A DNA stretch of 64,000 nt from Callorhinchus milii (lineage: Eukaryota): contig NW_024704742.1 of NCBI RefSeq assembly GCF_018977255.1, positions 98,458,001 through 98,522,000 on the forward strand, given 5' to 3'. Within the stretch, counting starts at the first letter, position 1. Each line of letters opens with the position of its first letter. Shown here piece after piece: positions 37,575 to 51,470 of the stretch. A model generated the notes under the pieces. It ran no database searches, had not been told where the DNA came from, and saw only the letters and a program-made list of their open reading frames with translations. The translations under genes were made by a program, and so were the position numbers.

Positions 37575-38003
37575 TAATAAATAATAATAATAATCCTTGC
37601 ATTTGGTATAGCGCCTGATCACGTCAGCACAACGTCTCAAAGTGCTTCACAGGATTATCTGTGAAATGGAGTGTCTGTGTGTTTGTAGGCAAATGAGTAA
37701 CACAATTACACATACCAATGTCCCACAAATAGCTAATACCAATTTTTATTTTTGGCCAGGGCACAAGGAGAATTTCCTTTTTATTTTCAAAGAGCACCAT
37801 AGGATCTTTAACATCCACCTAAACAGGCAAATAGGATCTCGGTTCAATGTCTCATCCAAAGGACGTCACCTCCAACAATGAAAATCCCCCCCACCAGCAC
37901 TCCAATTGCTTGGACTGTGTGAATTTCAATTTCTGACATAGAACTTGAATCCACAACCTTCTAACTCAGAAGCTAGAGTGCTACCACTGAGCCACACTGA
38001 CAT
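37575..38003 (-). mobile_element. Older Deu-domain SINE, near full length
   Basis: On - reads GTGGCTCAGTGGTAGCACTCTAGCTTCTGAGTTAGAAGGTTGTGGATTCAAG, then the core TTTGGATGAGACATTGAACCGAG...GGTGGATGTTAAAGATCCTATGG and an (ATT)n tail. Confidence 0.8.
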
Positions 38004-40229
38004 ACATTGCACATTATTAGTAATTAAACTTAAATCATTTTCCTTTCTACCTCTGCTGATGGACTCCCTTCATCATGTACGCATGTTTGATGCTCCCTGT
38101 TCTAAAATTTATTATTTTGAATCTATCCACAGTGATATAAATCAAACATTTCCTAGCCCATCTGCTTCATTGGACCAAACCTCTTAAATGATGTTTATCT
38201 CTCCCTTTTATTTTTTTAACAGGTTGTGTAGTTAGTATCACCAACAAATTGTCTAATATTAGAAAAAATACTGTCCTATTTGCCGCTGATGAATAGTGTG
38301 AAGAGAAGGAGACCCAGAACAGAGCCCTAAGGAGCTGTACTTGTTTATCATGCCCCACCACCAGACATAACTTTATCCACACATCATCACCTTCTGTTTC
38401 TTCCTGTCAAGCCAGTTTTCAATTCAGCCAGAAATACTTAAACCAGAAAATCCATCCTGAAAAATTCTAATTTTCTTCCATGTGCCAGATGGGGCTATGC
38501 CGTTCCTCGAAAGATTATAAGAGTAACCTTCTTACAGAAATTTCAGGTCGAAATCAACTGCTAGATCACAGTGAGATCAATTCTAGTTCTGTCACTGACT
38601 AACACAGCATTATATGGGAACCTTGCATTTGAATCACTGATTGTTGTCTACACATCCCTGTTTAAGTAAACAGGATTTGATAGCACAAATGAAGCATTTT
38701 TGTCTAGCAACGGCTGAGTTTTGCCTTCCACCCTGCTATATGTTCTTCAAATTATTGTATTTGCGTCATGACTGTTTAAGCACAAAATCAACTAATGCAA
38801 CAGCCATCATTGGTTATAACAAGAAACCTGTTTCTCTTCTTCATCATTCTGCATCATAATCTGAATAACACATAAATCAAATATAAGTGTAGACAACTAC
38901 AGTGTTAATTGGTGGCTGTCACACTGTAATTTACATAGATCTGAGTACCGCAAATAACATATTGCAATTTAAAAAAAACTAAGAATCAAACTGTCATTTT
39001 CAGCTTTTACTCGTATGGAGAAATCTGTAGAACAGAGGATCACATGATTTCAAAGCTGGCAAAATCTGCAAAACAAAAAGATTTTGCTCATTGGTCTTTT
39101 TGTTTGGACTTTGCCGGCTTTAGGTTTCGTGCTTCCCTGATTTGCGAATCTCACCGTGAATCTCACAATCCAATATTCAGAAGCTGAACAAGCATTTAGC
39201 ATCTTGAGGCTGGTTTGCAAATATCACATTTGTAACCCTATAGAGAAGTAGGCAGGCTTTATAGTCTCCTTTCCATTAAATAGCCAATGCACTGAGATGT
39301 GAATCATCATTGAATAAAATTGTGCACTAAAACTAAAAATTACAATTTAACTCTGAATGCTTAATCTTAAACTTCAATTTTAAAATCTTAAATGGTTAAT
39401 AGAGCAGACCTGTAATTATGCTTCTGGAAATCCAAGCATTATGAATATGATACTAATATAACGTTTTACAGATCTCTGTATCATCCATTCCCTCTTCTAT
39501 AAGTGGCAACGGTACTAAGTCCATTTAGCAGGTGATGGACAAATGTACAGACTGACCTATAAGCTTAAATGAACACTAGTTTGGGATTCAGCTTGGCTAG
39601 TTAGATTGATTATCCAATTTTTATGTTTGACCTCTGGACTTGGTTTATAATTTAATCAGTGCTCTAGCTGTCAATTATATTGATCAGCTGACAATCCACG
39701 CTGCTGATAGAGAGAAGCGAGGTTGTTATTCTGGTTTATTGTTGCATTTGTCTATTATTTTTAAAAACATGAGATCACAGGGATCATTTCATGTCACAGT
39801 CACATAGAAAAAACATTCAAAACGTCAAAACATTTGGAAAGTTAAGTAGAGTGCACCAAATCAATCAGCTGCACACTAGGATAAAAAGATATGTAGTCAG
39901 AAAGATATCCAAATAAATGACTTTCATGAATAAGGCAAGCACTGGATAATAAAATGGGGAGAGTGGGAGGGCTGTTGACCCAGGAAGGAGAGAAGCTCTG
40001 ATAATGCAAATAACCTCACAGAAAGGAATATCCTAATCAGGTAATCAGGAACACTTAATAGAGGAACATATTTTAGGAGGTACATAAGGCAATAATAATA
40101 ACATTTGATATTGAAAACCATAAGATAGTACATTTTGTATTAAAGCATGCAAAATAATTTTATAAAATGTGCATAATTTAATAGTCTTAATAAATAGATT
40201 GGGGTCAGTTTTTAAATAGTTAATAGAAT

Positions 40230-40722
40230 ATCTGTCAGACATCAAGTCCTGGATGAGAGCTAACTTTCTCAGTTGAATGCCAACTAAACCAAGGCCCTCC
40301 TGACTTCAGGTGCTGACAGCATCACCATCCATGGTTGCACACTCCACTTTGCTAAGCCAGTCCGGAACCTTGGTGTTTTGTTTGCCCTCGACTATCCTTT
40401 CTACCCCACATCCATGCCATGACCCGCTCTGCCTTCCCCCACCTCCGCAATATCGCCAAGCTCCACCACTGTCTCATAGCGTAGGCCGCCGAAACCCTCA
40501 TACATACATTCATAACATTGAGGCTTGACAATGCAAATTCCTTGCTTGTCAGCCTCCCCAACTCCTCCCTCCATAGGCTGCAGATCATGCAGAACTCTGC
40601 ATTCCGTGTCCTCTCCCGCACCAAGCTTCGTGACCCTATCACTCCCATCCTCGCCCGACTCCACTGGCTTCCCATCACACAGAGGATTCAAGATCCTGGT
40701 CCTCACCTTCAAAACCCTCCAT
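40230..40722 (+). mobile_element. Internal L2 ORF2 fragment
   Basis: Peptide [56 protein letters not shown]. Confidence 0.9.
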
Positions 40723-42294
40723 ACTTGATTTAATTATAAAAGCATAACCATCAACAATCTAAACATTACTTGAAACCAAACAGGTCTTTAAACCTTAGGT
40801 TAATTCTACATTCTCCATCTATATAGCACCCTCCACATAGGGTAGCGTTCCTGAGCCCTTAAATAACAAGCTTTAGTGATTTAAACAGAGAGAGAAAAGG
40901 AAAGACAGAGAAATAGAGGGAGGGAATTCCAGATGGTAGAGTCGTAGATTGTTAGAAATCCTAAGCAAAATTGTCAATAGGAAGTATTCTTCAGTTGTTG
41001 AGTTGAAGCATATTCATCTTTTCCTGGCTAGGGAAGTCTGGTGAAGGCTGGATGGTGAAATGACAAGAAGATCTGCTTCCTTGTAATAATACATGGTCTC
41101 AAATAATCAGGATGTACCAAACAATAGCATGCATTTATTTAATGACTTTCTCTAAAAATAACATCTAGCTCATTGAACGCAAAATCTGCACGCTTCATCA
41201 AAAGGTGACTGGTTTCAGGTTAAAGCACCTCCAGTATTTTGCCAAGATGGAATGAAATAAGAAACAGAAGGAACACAGGTCTTTATCATCCTGGATATTT
41301 GGTAACTGATAACTAAGATTCACAACAGATAGCGCAGGTAGAAAATAATAGCTAACTGTAGACCTACTTTATAATGATGGTAGTTAAGTAAAAAATAAAC
41401 ATGTAACTTACCAGTATGAAGCACTGGTAACTTTCATAGCATTGTGTCAAACTAGATCTGCCCTCTCCATTAGAGCTTAGCTTGCATCTACACCTCCAAG
41501 TCACATTGATGAGCCAGATAGACTTGTCAGCCATCAAGAATGGGGTTGAACATTTGTCATCGAGAAAAGGATTGTAAACAATGAATCCTGCTAGTACATG
41601 GCTGTGAGTCACACCAAACTGCAGGAACTCTGCTATGGCACAATCTTTTTTAGTGAGTTGGAAAATAGTTTCTGCGATTTGGTGTGACATGCAGTTAAGT
41701 CACTGTTGGGATTCAATAGTTAAGGTCCTTTGTCAATCTGGATTGTGACTCATTATGTAGATACCAATAAATTTAAATATTGTAAAATTGCCTGCTTAGC
41801 CAGGCAAGGGAGTGTCTTCCAGTTTCCTGGCCAACAGTCCCCCAAATAAAATTGGTCATGCACTACTTGGCTATTTGAGGAACATTGCTGTCACAAATGG
41901 GCTGCTGGTTCGCCTATGAATACACAGTCACTTCACTATACAACACTTATGAAACACTTTGAGCTGTCCTCCTGGCGTGAAATGCACAACAGCAAATGCA
42001 AGCATTATTACTATGTCTCTTTTAATCCAGTTCAACATGTAGAGCTGAGTGGATCCACCAGGAATCTGATCCTGAACTTTCTGGTCCAAAGTGTTCAATT
42101 GACTGAGCTTTCCAGCAACGCTAATCAATATCAAAAAAAGTTAAAGAGAGAGACCTAAAAACATGTAATATTGAGCAATGCAAAGCATTCTACTGACTAT
42201 GATGTACAGATGTTTATTGGATTGAGACACATTAGGTGAATATTATTGCTATTCTTGAGCTGGCTAGTAGGATGTGGGTGAGAGTGTCTCTATT

Positions 42295-42725
42295 ATATAA
42301 TGTAATAATCCTTGCATTTGATATAGTGGTTTTCACATCTTCTAGACTTCTCAAAGCGCTTCACAGAATATACTGTAACGTGAAACGCAAAATACTGTTC
42401 TGACGAAGGACCGTGTTGACTCACTTTCCTTTCTCCATAGATGCTGTCTGATCTGTTGAGTGTTCCCAGAGACTTCTGTTTCTGTCATACTGTAAAGTGA
42501 ATTGTCTGTATATTTGCAGGCGAAACTCGGCAGCCAATTGCACACAGTAGTTCCCACAAACAGTCGTGCATTGAAGTGACCAATTTTTATTGTTTTTTTT
42601 CTTGAGGGATTATTATCAGACATGTGGAGTAAGGAAACTTGCCCAAGGTTTCATCCTGCCGAGAATCAAACCCAGGTCTCTCATTTGCGAGGCGAGTGCT
42701 CTAACGGCTGAGCTGCAGGACTCCA
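42295..42725 (-). mobile_element. tRNA-derived SINE, short variant, carrying a 108-bp insertion
   Basis: Same head and tail as the 32388 copy. Insert at 42379-42486. Confidence 0.88.
42379..42486 (-). mobile_element. Internally deleted copy of the 34369 element with 9-bp TSD
   Basis: ATACTGTAA at 42370-42378 and 42487-42495. The minus strand matches the left arm and the 3' terminus (CAGTATTTTGC.TTTC) of the 34369 element. Confidence 0.8.
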
Positions 42726-45347
42726 GAGGAATTGAGCACAGAAGGAATAGAATAGGTGTTCACTGCTCTGAGGAACTGAACCTTGGTTATCCAGTATAAT
42801 ATACCACTGGGCCTTTCCACTAAGAGACGTTTCTTTTCTTAAAACTGTCTTAAATACAACGTAGCTCAACAAATAACCAATTTTACAGCAAATGCATATC
42901 CAAACCACGTTTTGAGTTATTAATTTTGCTAAAGTGTTTTTCCAATGATGTGATTTTCCAAAAGAAACTGTGATTTTAGCTTTCAAAGTAAAAGCTTGAA
43001 AAGAAATCCAGAAATCTTTGAACTGAAAAAATAATTGGTCACTCAATCCACGACTGTTTGTGGGACACTGCTGTGCGCAATTGGCTGCCTCGTTTCACTC
43101 ACAAAATATACAGTTAATTCACTTTACAGTATATCCTGTGAAGAGTTTTGAGACTTCTCAAAGATGTGATAAGGTGCTATGTCAAATGCAAGGATCATTA
43201 TTAGTAGTAACTTAGAAAATTGTATTTTCATTTTTTTCTAGTTACTTTTTCTACTCCAATTTTCTCCCTCTCTTTTGCTTCCAGTTTCCCTTTTCCTTCC
43301 ACAGGATATAATGCCAAGGAAAAGTGCAATAGCCATTACTTATATGTAAAGCTTGACAGCGAGAGTGTTGCCAGGCTATTTGATCATGGGGGTTATTACA
43401 GCCAAACACAGTCCTAGCCTCATCTGATGTCTTCACATGCTGCCTTCCAGGGATTGTCTTTGGGTACTGATCAGGAGAGGGAGACCTGGCTAATTTTTCC
43501 CCCATTTCCCCAATCCAAACCTCGGAAGCCAATTTACAATATATCCTGTGAAGCCCTTTGAGATGTCTCAACAATATTATAAGGAACTATATCAAATGCA
43601 AAGATTATTTTAATTGTGCACCCCAGCTGTTGTCCTGCCTTAGATCAGCTGAAATGTTTTAAATTTTCTATGCAAAACTTAATCTTTTCAATTTTAAATT
43701 TGCTCCATGATAAGCTCTTCATGGTAAATGTTGTGAAGTTTAAGCAAAATTATTGGGCAACAAGTAAAGCTGATGGAAAATTGGAAGGGAAAAATCATAA
43801 AGCTAGTGGGGAAGAGAACAACAATAACAACAACAAATTCTCAAGGCACTGGGGAGTCAAGGGTTTACACTCAAGCTGGAATTTGGACAAGTAAAGTAAA
43901 ATAAAAGAACATTAAAGAGCACTGAGATTTCCACAATAACTGAAATGATTTCACAACCATTATAACTAGAGTGCTGAAACATCTCAGAGACAAGCAGCCC
44001 TATAAAGTTACCCCATAATCACTTTCTCTCTGTCTCTCGCTCTCTCTCACACACACACAAACACACACTCTGCTTTCCAAGTTCGGAGAATGCCAAGGAT
44101 GCTATTTGTACTGATGGAATGGACTTCATATTTCCAGAGATCATCTTTGCAGAATTTAATAATAAAAATGAGAATCACTGATGGCACACTCATTTCCTGT
44201 CTGGCTGCAGATGGTGATAAATTCAAGATCAGACTGCATTAATCCTAAGCGAAAAGGCTCAGCAGGTGGTAACGCTAATGGAAAATCCCAGACTCCGCAT
44301 AATGGGAATTATTACAGACAGCTCTTCCACACTACAAAAGAGATGATGTATTCTTATTGACAGTGCTAGGTTTGCTTCTAAGAGGATGATTTGGCAGTTT
44401 GGGCTTGGTGTGAGAGAAGCGTAGGCCCCATGGGTATATGTCTGGTCCACCACAAACAGTCACTGTCATCCAAACTGTCTATTACACTGCACAGTACAAG
44501 TGTCACATTCTTTGCCAAAATCTTCTTTCTTAAGGCCCGCAGCAATATATTTGTTCTTTTCTTCTTAACGCAAAGGACAAATAAAGGTTGACAGGCAGCA
44601 GAATTTACAGCCACTTATGTTTTTTTTAAAAGCTGACATGCTGGGCTCAAGTGCTTTTTAGTGTTTTCATACAGCACTGTCTGGAATGTTTCTGCAACGC
44701 AAGACACACAGATTGCCCCTAAGGTGCAAAGCGTGATGGACAATAGCTGGAAGCTTAAAACTGCATGCATCACATAGGTGGTAAAAATGGCACTGACAGA
44801 CTGGAATGGCTGGGTGTTAAGCTGCAGTGCAGCAGATAAGATTGTCTGCATTTACTGCTGCAATGCAGTACTGGCATGAACATTAAATTTAGAATTGAAT
44901 AAAATAAACAAAGTGAGGCGATAAGCTATTGCTTTGCTGGGACATTTTTTTAAGGCACAAAAATTCTATACCAGACTTGTAGGATTCTGTAGATGATCCA
45001 CACATCAACAACAGTAGATTCAATCTGCCTTTATTCTGCTGAGTTCCAGACCTTAACCACGTTGATTAATCGGAGGTGCTGAGGTAAGTTCGGATTTCTC
45101 TACATGGATGGGAGGGAACACTAAGGGAAGACTGGTTCACTCTCTTGTATGCAACTTCTACTGGCCAGTTCAGGGCAATATGAGCAGCAACCTGGGAAAA
45201 GAATCTTAACTTGGTGAGTTGGCCTCAGGTGTTTGATGGTCTTGTAGCTCAGTCGGAAGCCAAAATAGAAAGAAATTACAGCCTTCAAATATTTGAATAA
45301 ACATGGACACATTCTGTTCATTAGTGAAAGGCTTAAATCATTGATTC

Positions 45348-45750
45348 TTAAATAATCCTTTTATATAGTGCCTTATTACATTGTTGAAATATCTCAAAGC
45401 GCTTTACAGCATATATTGTAAAGTGACTATGTATTTGTAGGTGAATGCAGCAGCCAATTTGAGGACAACAATGTCCCACAACATCCATGAAAAGAATGCC
45501 AAATTTTATTTGGGTGATTGATGGCCATGATACTAGGGGAGACTTCCTTCTCTTTTTAAATAGTACCATGGGATCTTTAATGTCCTTTTGAACAGACAGA
45601 CAGGTTACACCTAAATTTAACATCTCGTCCGAAGACAGGAACTTCTACAACATTTTGGAATATCAGACTAGACTATAAGTTCAAAGTCCTGACTAGAACT
45701 CATGAACTTCTAACTTAAAGGCAAGTGTTACCACTAAGCCAGACTGACAC
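45348..45750 (-). mobile_element. Older Deu-domain SINE
   Basis: Same architecture as 37575-38003 (CCATGGGATCTTTAATGTCC...TTTAACATCTCGTCCGAAG). Confidence 0.75.
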
Positions 45751-47384
45751 CTTCTTCTGCTGATTGGGAATAGCAAATAAGATTCTTGATAGGTAATTTT
45801 CATATCTGAAAGAAATTGTTTTGTTTCATTACATCAGCATGTTGCACTTATATAGCACCTTTTACTTATGGATAATGTCTCAAATGTTTTATGGAAATGA
45901 TATGGAAAGACAGGCGATAGAAGGGAGGTGATTGAAGGCAGGTCAATAAGATAGATTTTTACAAAAGTTTTTAAAATAGATAGGTAAGGTGGGAGGTAGA
46001 GGGATTGTGGGAAGGAGTTCTAGAGAGTGGGAGCGCACTGATAGTAAGCTCGGCCACCATTAGTGGAACAGAGAAGGGTCAAGGGATGTGCAGCAGAGCT
46101 GACTTTGCAGAATGGACGAGAGTGAGGCTGGAGGAGTTTATCCTAAAGAAGATATAATACGGGTGTGCAACAATATCAACTTGCACTTAAATAGTGCCTT
46201 CCATTTTTGGTGAATCAACTTGACGCCTTTCACAGACATGGTAGAGAGAGAAGGGTATCAAAAGCATGGTCAAGTTAATAGGTTTAACAGGTCTTTGAAG
46301 ACAAAGGAGAGAAGGTGGATTTATACAGCACAGTTTGTCTAAAAGACCATCTCAAATCACTTAGCAAATTTAACAGTGGACAGCAGAGCAGAGAAATAAA
46401 AGATTCAAAGATATTGACCAAAGGCACCATTGAAGAGAAAATATATCAATATTAAATGAGATATAGTGAAATCCATTTTAAACTAATGAAAGTGCATTTC
46501 AAAATGTTTCAACTTATAGATGCCTTTTTGTAGCTTAAAATACAATGGCTTGAATCATGTTATTGATTCTGCTAAATTCTGTTAGTCTTTTTTTATATAT
46601 GGAAGTCCTATTAAGATGATATTATGACTTGAATTAATAATGTTTCAACCATGTGTGAGATTTAGTCCGTAAGCTGCTCTCTATTGGGAGTGGGAGGAAA
46701 CAACATTTGGCAATAGAACTGATAATTATATATTGTTTATCTTCAAATACTTATTGAATTCCCTTTTATATATTGTTACTGTTATCAGCTTCAAAATGAA
46801 CATGATCATGTTGGAAAGCTTTCAAATTCTCTTCCTTGTGATGAGAAGGTAATTCAAGCTCACTCAGCAGTTTTGAGGTATCTGCTATTCTGTTGTAAAT
46901 AAAACATCAGTTTTAAGAAGAGCATTTCTGAAGTGTGTGTGTGTGTATGTGCAAGGTTTTAAATTGATGTTACTGTAACTTTATGAGACAGACTGGATGG
47001 CTTAGAAGCTAGGCTTAATGGGAAATTAATACACAAACAAAAGTTCCTTGATGATTCACTGATGATTACTGATACAAAAGAGACATTTTAAGAGATATTT
47101 AAAAAGGCAAAAGTGACATTTTATCTTAACAAATGCTAAGAAGACAAAGACAATGATAATAAAGAAGGAAGTAAAGAAACTGCATTCTTACAGGGTTATC
47201 TCATGGAACACCTCAAAGTGCTTCACAAGTGATTATTGTCAAGGGCAGTGGCTGTTTTCTTTTAAGCAAAGTTGGCAGTCATTTGCACCAGCAAAGTCCC
47301 AACAGCAATGAGATGCATAGGCACATTATCTGAAAGAATGCTAGCCACCATGCTGGGAGAAACTCCTTAAACCCTCTGGGATGT

Positions 47385-48342
47385 TACCCTGCGTGAAGGA
47401 CTTTGCATTGGCCTTCAAATGTCTGCTCCCTCTCCAGCAAAATGCTCACCATCCAAGATCTTATTGTCGAGGAAAACACAGATGTCCTCACCGAAACCTG
47501 GGTCACCTCAGGCGACACCTTCCCGCTGACCCAGGCCACACCACCCGTCTACACCTTCCACCATACCCCACGACCTAACCGCCATGGTGGCAGTGTGGCT
47601 TTCATTTCTTGGTCCCCACTTGACCTATCCACTTACTCCTCTGGAACCTTCCCCTCCTTTGAGTACCTTGTCCTCAGCCATCCCTCCAACCTTTCAGTCA
47701 AAATCCTTCCTGTTTATCGTCCCCATCAAACCCTCCCCCACCTTCTTCTCGGACATCTCCACCTTCCTATCTTCCCTCTGCTATGACCGCCCCTTCATCC
47801 TAGGCGACTTCAACTTGCACTAACACCCCTTCTTGCTCTATCTCCGCTTACTCCTCCTCTCTCCTCTGCTCTCCCAACCTTGCCCTCCACATATGCTCTG
47901 CCACCCACGTCCATGGCCACCAGCTGGATCTGACGATTACTCAGGGCCTCAGCGACTCGTCTTCACCTTCAAGACCCTCCACGGCCTTGCCCCTCCCTAC
48001 CACTACGATCTATTGACCCCATATCAATCTGTCCGCTCCCTCCACTCAACAGGCTCTGGCTTGCTCCACATCCCCCGCCCAGCCTGCTCCACAATTGGTG
48101 GCCGCGCCTTCAGCCTTTCTGCCCCCACCCTATGGAACTCCATCCCACATTCCCTTTGCCTCACTCCCTCCTTTCCCTCCTTCAAGGCATGTCTCAAAAC
48201 CCTCCTTTTCAACCAAGCCTTCGGCCACCCTCCTACCCTTTCTGTTTCTACCCTTCCCAATCCTGACCCACAGTTCAGGTCCAAATCCCTGACTGTCCAG
48301 CACTTTGGGATGTCCAATGCATAAAAGGCAAGTTGTTGTTGT
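47385..48342 (+). mobile_element. L2 LINE with APE endonuclease region joined directly to the 3' end (RT missing)
   Basis: NVCSL, LTETW, RHGGSVAFI, VYRP, ILGDFNLH and HGHQLDLTI, followed at ~47955 by VFTFKTLHGLAPPY and a (TTG)n tail. Confidence 0.85.
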
Positions 48343-49737
48343 TTCAAACAGACTCGTGGGGTCTTTAACATCTTCCAGAACAGGCAGGCATGATTTTGAT
48401 TTAATGTTTCATCCAAAAGTGTTTGAATCAATGGATAAAGAGGAAGCATAGAACAATGTAAGCAACAATGAAATTCAATGGTGGATAGCAATTGTATAAA
48501 ATGATGTTGAATAATATGGAGCAATTTCTTTGTAACCTTCAAGCCAAGTTTGTGGTAAGGAGCGAATGCTCAACATTACGTACTGATTAACATTGTTTAG
48601 ATGTGTAAATTGGCCTCTGAATGCTAAACTAATGAGATGACTAGAGGCGATGAGTTATCCTGCCATTATATGGAAGATCAAGAGGCAAGGCAAACAACAT
48701 CCTGAATATACAATAGAATTGGAAGGATAGGTCTAGCATCAAAGACCCAAAATTTCACCCAGTCTTAGCTATCCTAATATATCCTATGGTGTGTCTTGAC
48801 GACGGGAAAAGGGCCATATCAAATGCAAAAATTATTATTATTATTAATAATGTATTAGAGACTCTATCCTGGGTGAAAGGCACTATATAATTGCAAGTAG
48901 TTGTTGTTGTAAAACAATATTGTATTAAATATTAAGAACGTGCAGATTTATGGAAAATTCTTCAATTTAGTCTTAATTTAGAACCAAGTTTTTTGCATAT
49001 TGAAAATTTCTGCTCATTCTTAAATTTTAAGACAAAATGGTCTTCCAGGCTAAGACTAGGTGACATTTTTTGTCTCATAGGCAAATACAATCTGCATATG
49101 TAGAGATCATAAAATTTTGTTCCCCAGCCTTCAAAATGGAAAGGTTCCAAATCAAGAAATGCAATTTTAGATATAATTATCTTATCAATTTTGTTGTGAA
49201 ACAACCTTTGCTTTTTCTTAGAAATTTAACACAAAGATTGCCATATCATTTTCGTGAAGACTGTGCCTCTTTAAATGTTCCTGCATTGTTAAGAACTTTC
49301 CACTGCACCTGAGTGAAGGAAAAAGCTGCTAAAATGCTTGTCTTATTATTAAATAATTGAGCGATGGAGGAAGTAAATGCAAACTCAATGTGACTGTAAA
49401 AAATATAGGAACCAACCAAATATTGCCAGCAAAGTAAATGAGGTAGAGTGAATTGCAATGGTTGCTTGCTCAAAGTGGCTGCGGCTGCATTTAATTCAAC
49501 TATGCTACAGTTTTCTTGCTATATATATACGTTACAGTAAATTTGTGAAACCAGGGATTTCATGAAATCCCTGAAATTTTCAGTGATTTTGTGAAATTAT
49601 TATTTCACTCGGTGGACTTCATGAAATCTCTTAAATACTTAGGGATCACTGAATTAGGAGTCAAGGATTTCATGAAATGACTAGTGATTATTTTATCATA
49701 TTGATCACCTTGCCTTGACTCTTGTTAGCATGATCAA

Positions 49738-50112
49738 TAACAACAACAACTTGCATTTATATTGTGCCCTTCATGCCAGGTAGCGTCCCGGAGCTGTCAA
49801 CAGTGGCGGAGTCTGGCCCCGGGCCAGGGGTAGAGAGAATGGGGAGGTGACCCTAAGCACGATCAAAATGGAAGATCTTTAGGCGTTATTTAAAGTAGGG
49901 AGGGAGGTGACAAGGTTGAGAGATTGGGGGAGAGAGTTCCAGAATTTCGGAGCATAGTGACTGAAAGTACGGCCATCAATGTTGGAGCAGAGGGGTAGAG
50001 GGACGAACAGGAGGCCGGAGCTGGCCGAGCGGAGGCAGCGGGTGGTGGAGTGGAGAGGGTGAGGAAGTCAGAAAACTAGGGATATACGAGGGCATAAAAA
50101 GATTTGAAAACG
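49738..50112 (-). mobile_element. L2 3' fragment nested inside the Ginger2 element
   Basis: (CAA)n-TTGCATTTATATTG tail. Body matches the L2 fragment at 4174-4410. Confidence 0.85.
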
Positions 50113-50291
50113 ATAAATAAATAACACATTATGAAAATCACTATTTTATTCATCGTAAAATTTCATGTGGCAATTCATTCACTGATAAAGAATTTCACCA
50201 AAAAATGTATTTACTGAAGAGAGAGAAGCATTGGATTTGTCATGTCTTTGCGAATAATTTAAATTGGTTCTGTAAATATCAAATCAAATGT

Positions 50292-51470
50292 TCATTTGTT
50301 AGCACCAGTGAGGCTTCCATGACACCGTGTATTACACTATAGCTTTGCTTTGAAGCATTTACAACAGTTGGTCTGACATTTCTTCTGACCGCAGTTACAC
50401 TTCGTAAAGCCTTGTTCATCACAAGCAGACTGTGCAATGAAAACTTCACGGAGTTACACTGACTTGTCCTGGTTGACCCGATTCTCTGTTAACAATAGTT
50501 GTGGGCAGAGGTCAAATTGGTTCTTGGAATAGTGACCCCTCAGGATGGCTGGCCTTCATTGCAACCTTGTACTACAGCTTGGAGATCAATCGACTCCGCT
50601 TTACCACCTCTCTGCCTGATCTACTTGTATCATTTGTGCAGCAGCTCTTCACTTTCTGATGTGGGTTGTGTGGTCTTCCAGGGCCTGTGATATAGGAGTC
50701 TGTACAGGAGAATCATTAGACATCTCTATCATCAGAGATGACAAAGCTAAGCTGTGGTGGGCTGTTGTCAGCTGGTTGTTCTTCTGGTGCATTATCAGCA
50801 AAAACAGTCAGGAGGTCAAGCTCACTTTCCAGTGTAGAAGTCACTTCCGTTGGCAGTGATGCAGATGTTAGGCCAACACAAGGCTCATTGCCAATTATGG
50901 CAACATAAGGGGAGCCATTTATTCCTGAAAGGTGAGCAGAATTCTTTTGGAACTGCACAAATTTAATGCCGACTGTCCAATCCTTTGTGTTGTTATCTGA
51001 TAGCCAGACTACTAACATATCCTTGATGTCACCATTGGCTCGCTCAACCAAACCTTGACTTTGTGGGTGGTGAGGCTTGTTGTGAACTAAAGGAAATTTT
51101 GCCACACCTGCATCAGCTCAGTGATGATTTGGGCTGTAAATTTAGAACCATTGTCATACAAAGGAGGAGGAAGATATCCATGAGCTGAAAGGCTACTTCT
51201 GCAGCACTCTTGGTTGTGAGAGGTGAGACCTTACTGAGACCATAATCAATTTGAAGTTTGAGTGTGACATAGACTTCATATCAATAGATTAACTTGACAC
51301 CTGGACGCAAATTCTTTCGTGAGAATGGAACGTACAACAACTCCCTTTGTCATCGGCCTCTTCTTCTCTGACACTCCTCACAGAGAGACTTGAACAGTTC
51401 TAATGCTTTGGTCATGATGTTGGCATATTTTCGTTGGAGCTCTTTAATCATGCGATCAAGCCATTCATGA
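50292..51470 (-). pseudogene. Integrase/transposase pseudogene of the Ginger2 element
   Basis: DRMIKELQRKYANI...LFKSLCEECQ (zinc-binding remnant), GVVVRSILTKEFASRCQVN, AAEVAFQLMDIFLL, DNGSKFTAQII, HPQSQGLVERANGDIKDML, and a Cys-rich end QGFTKCNCGQKKCQTNCCKCFKAKL*CNTRCH. Multiple stops and frameshifts. Confidence 0.88.

Noticed and set aside
41364..41690. 108-aa minus-strand ORF with a GTAAGT donor-like site at ~41406-41411
   Set aside because: No recognisable protein similarity and no convincing acceptor or promoter context. Chance is not excluded, so it is not called.
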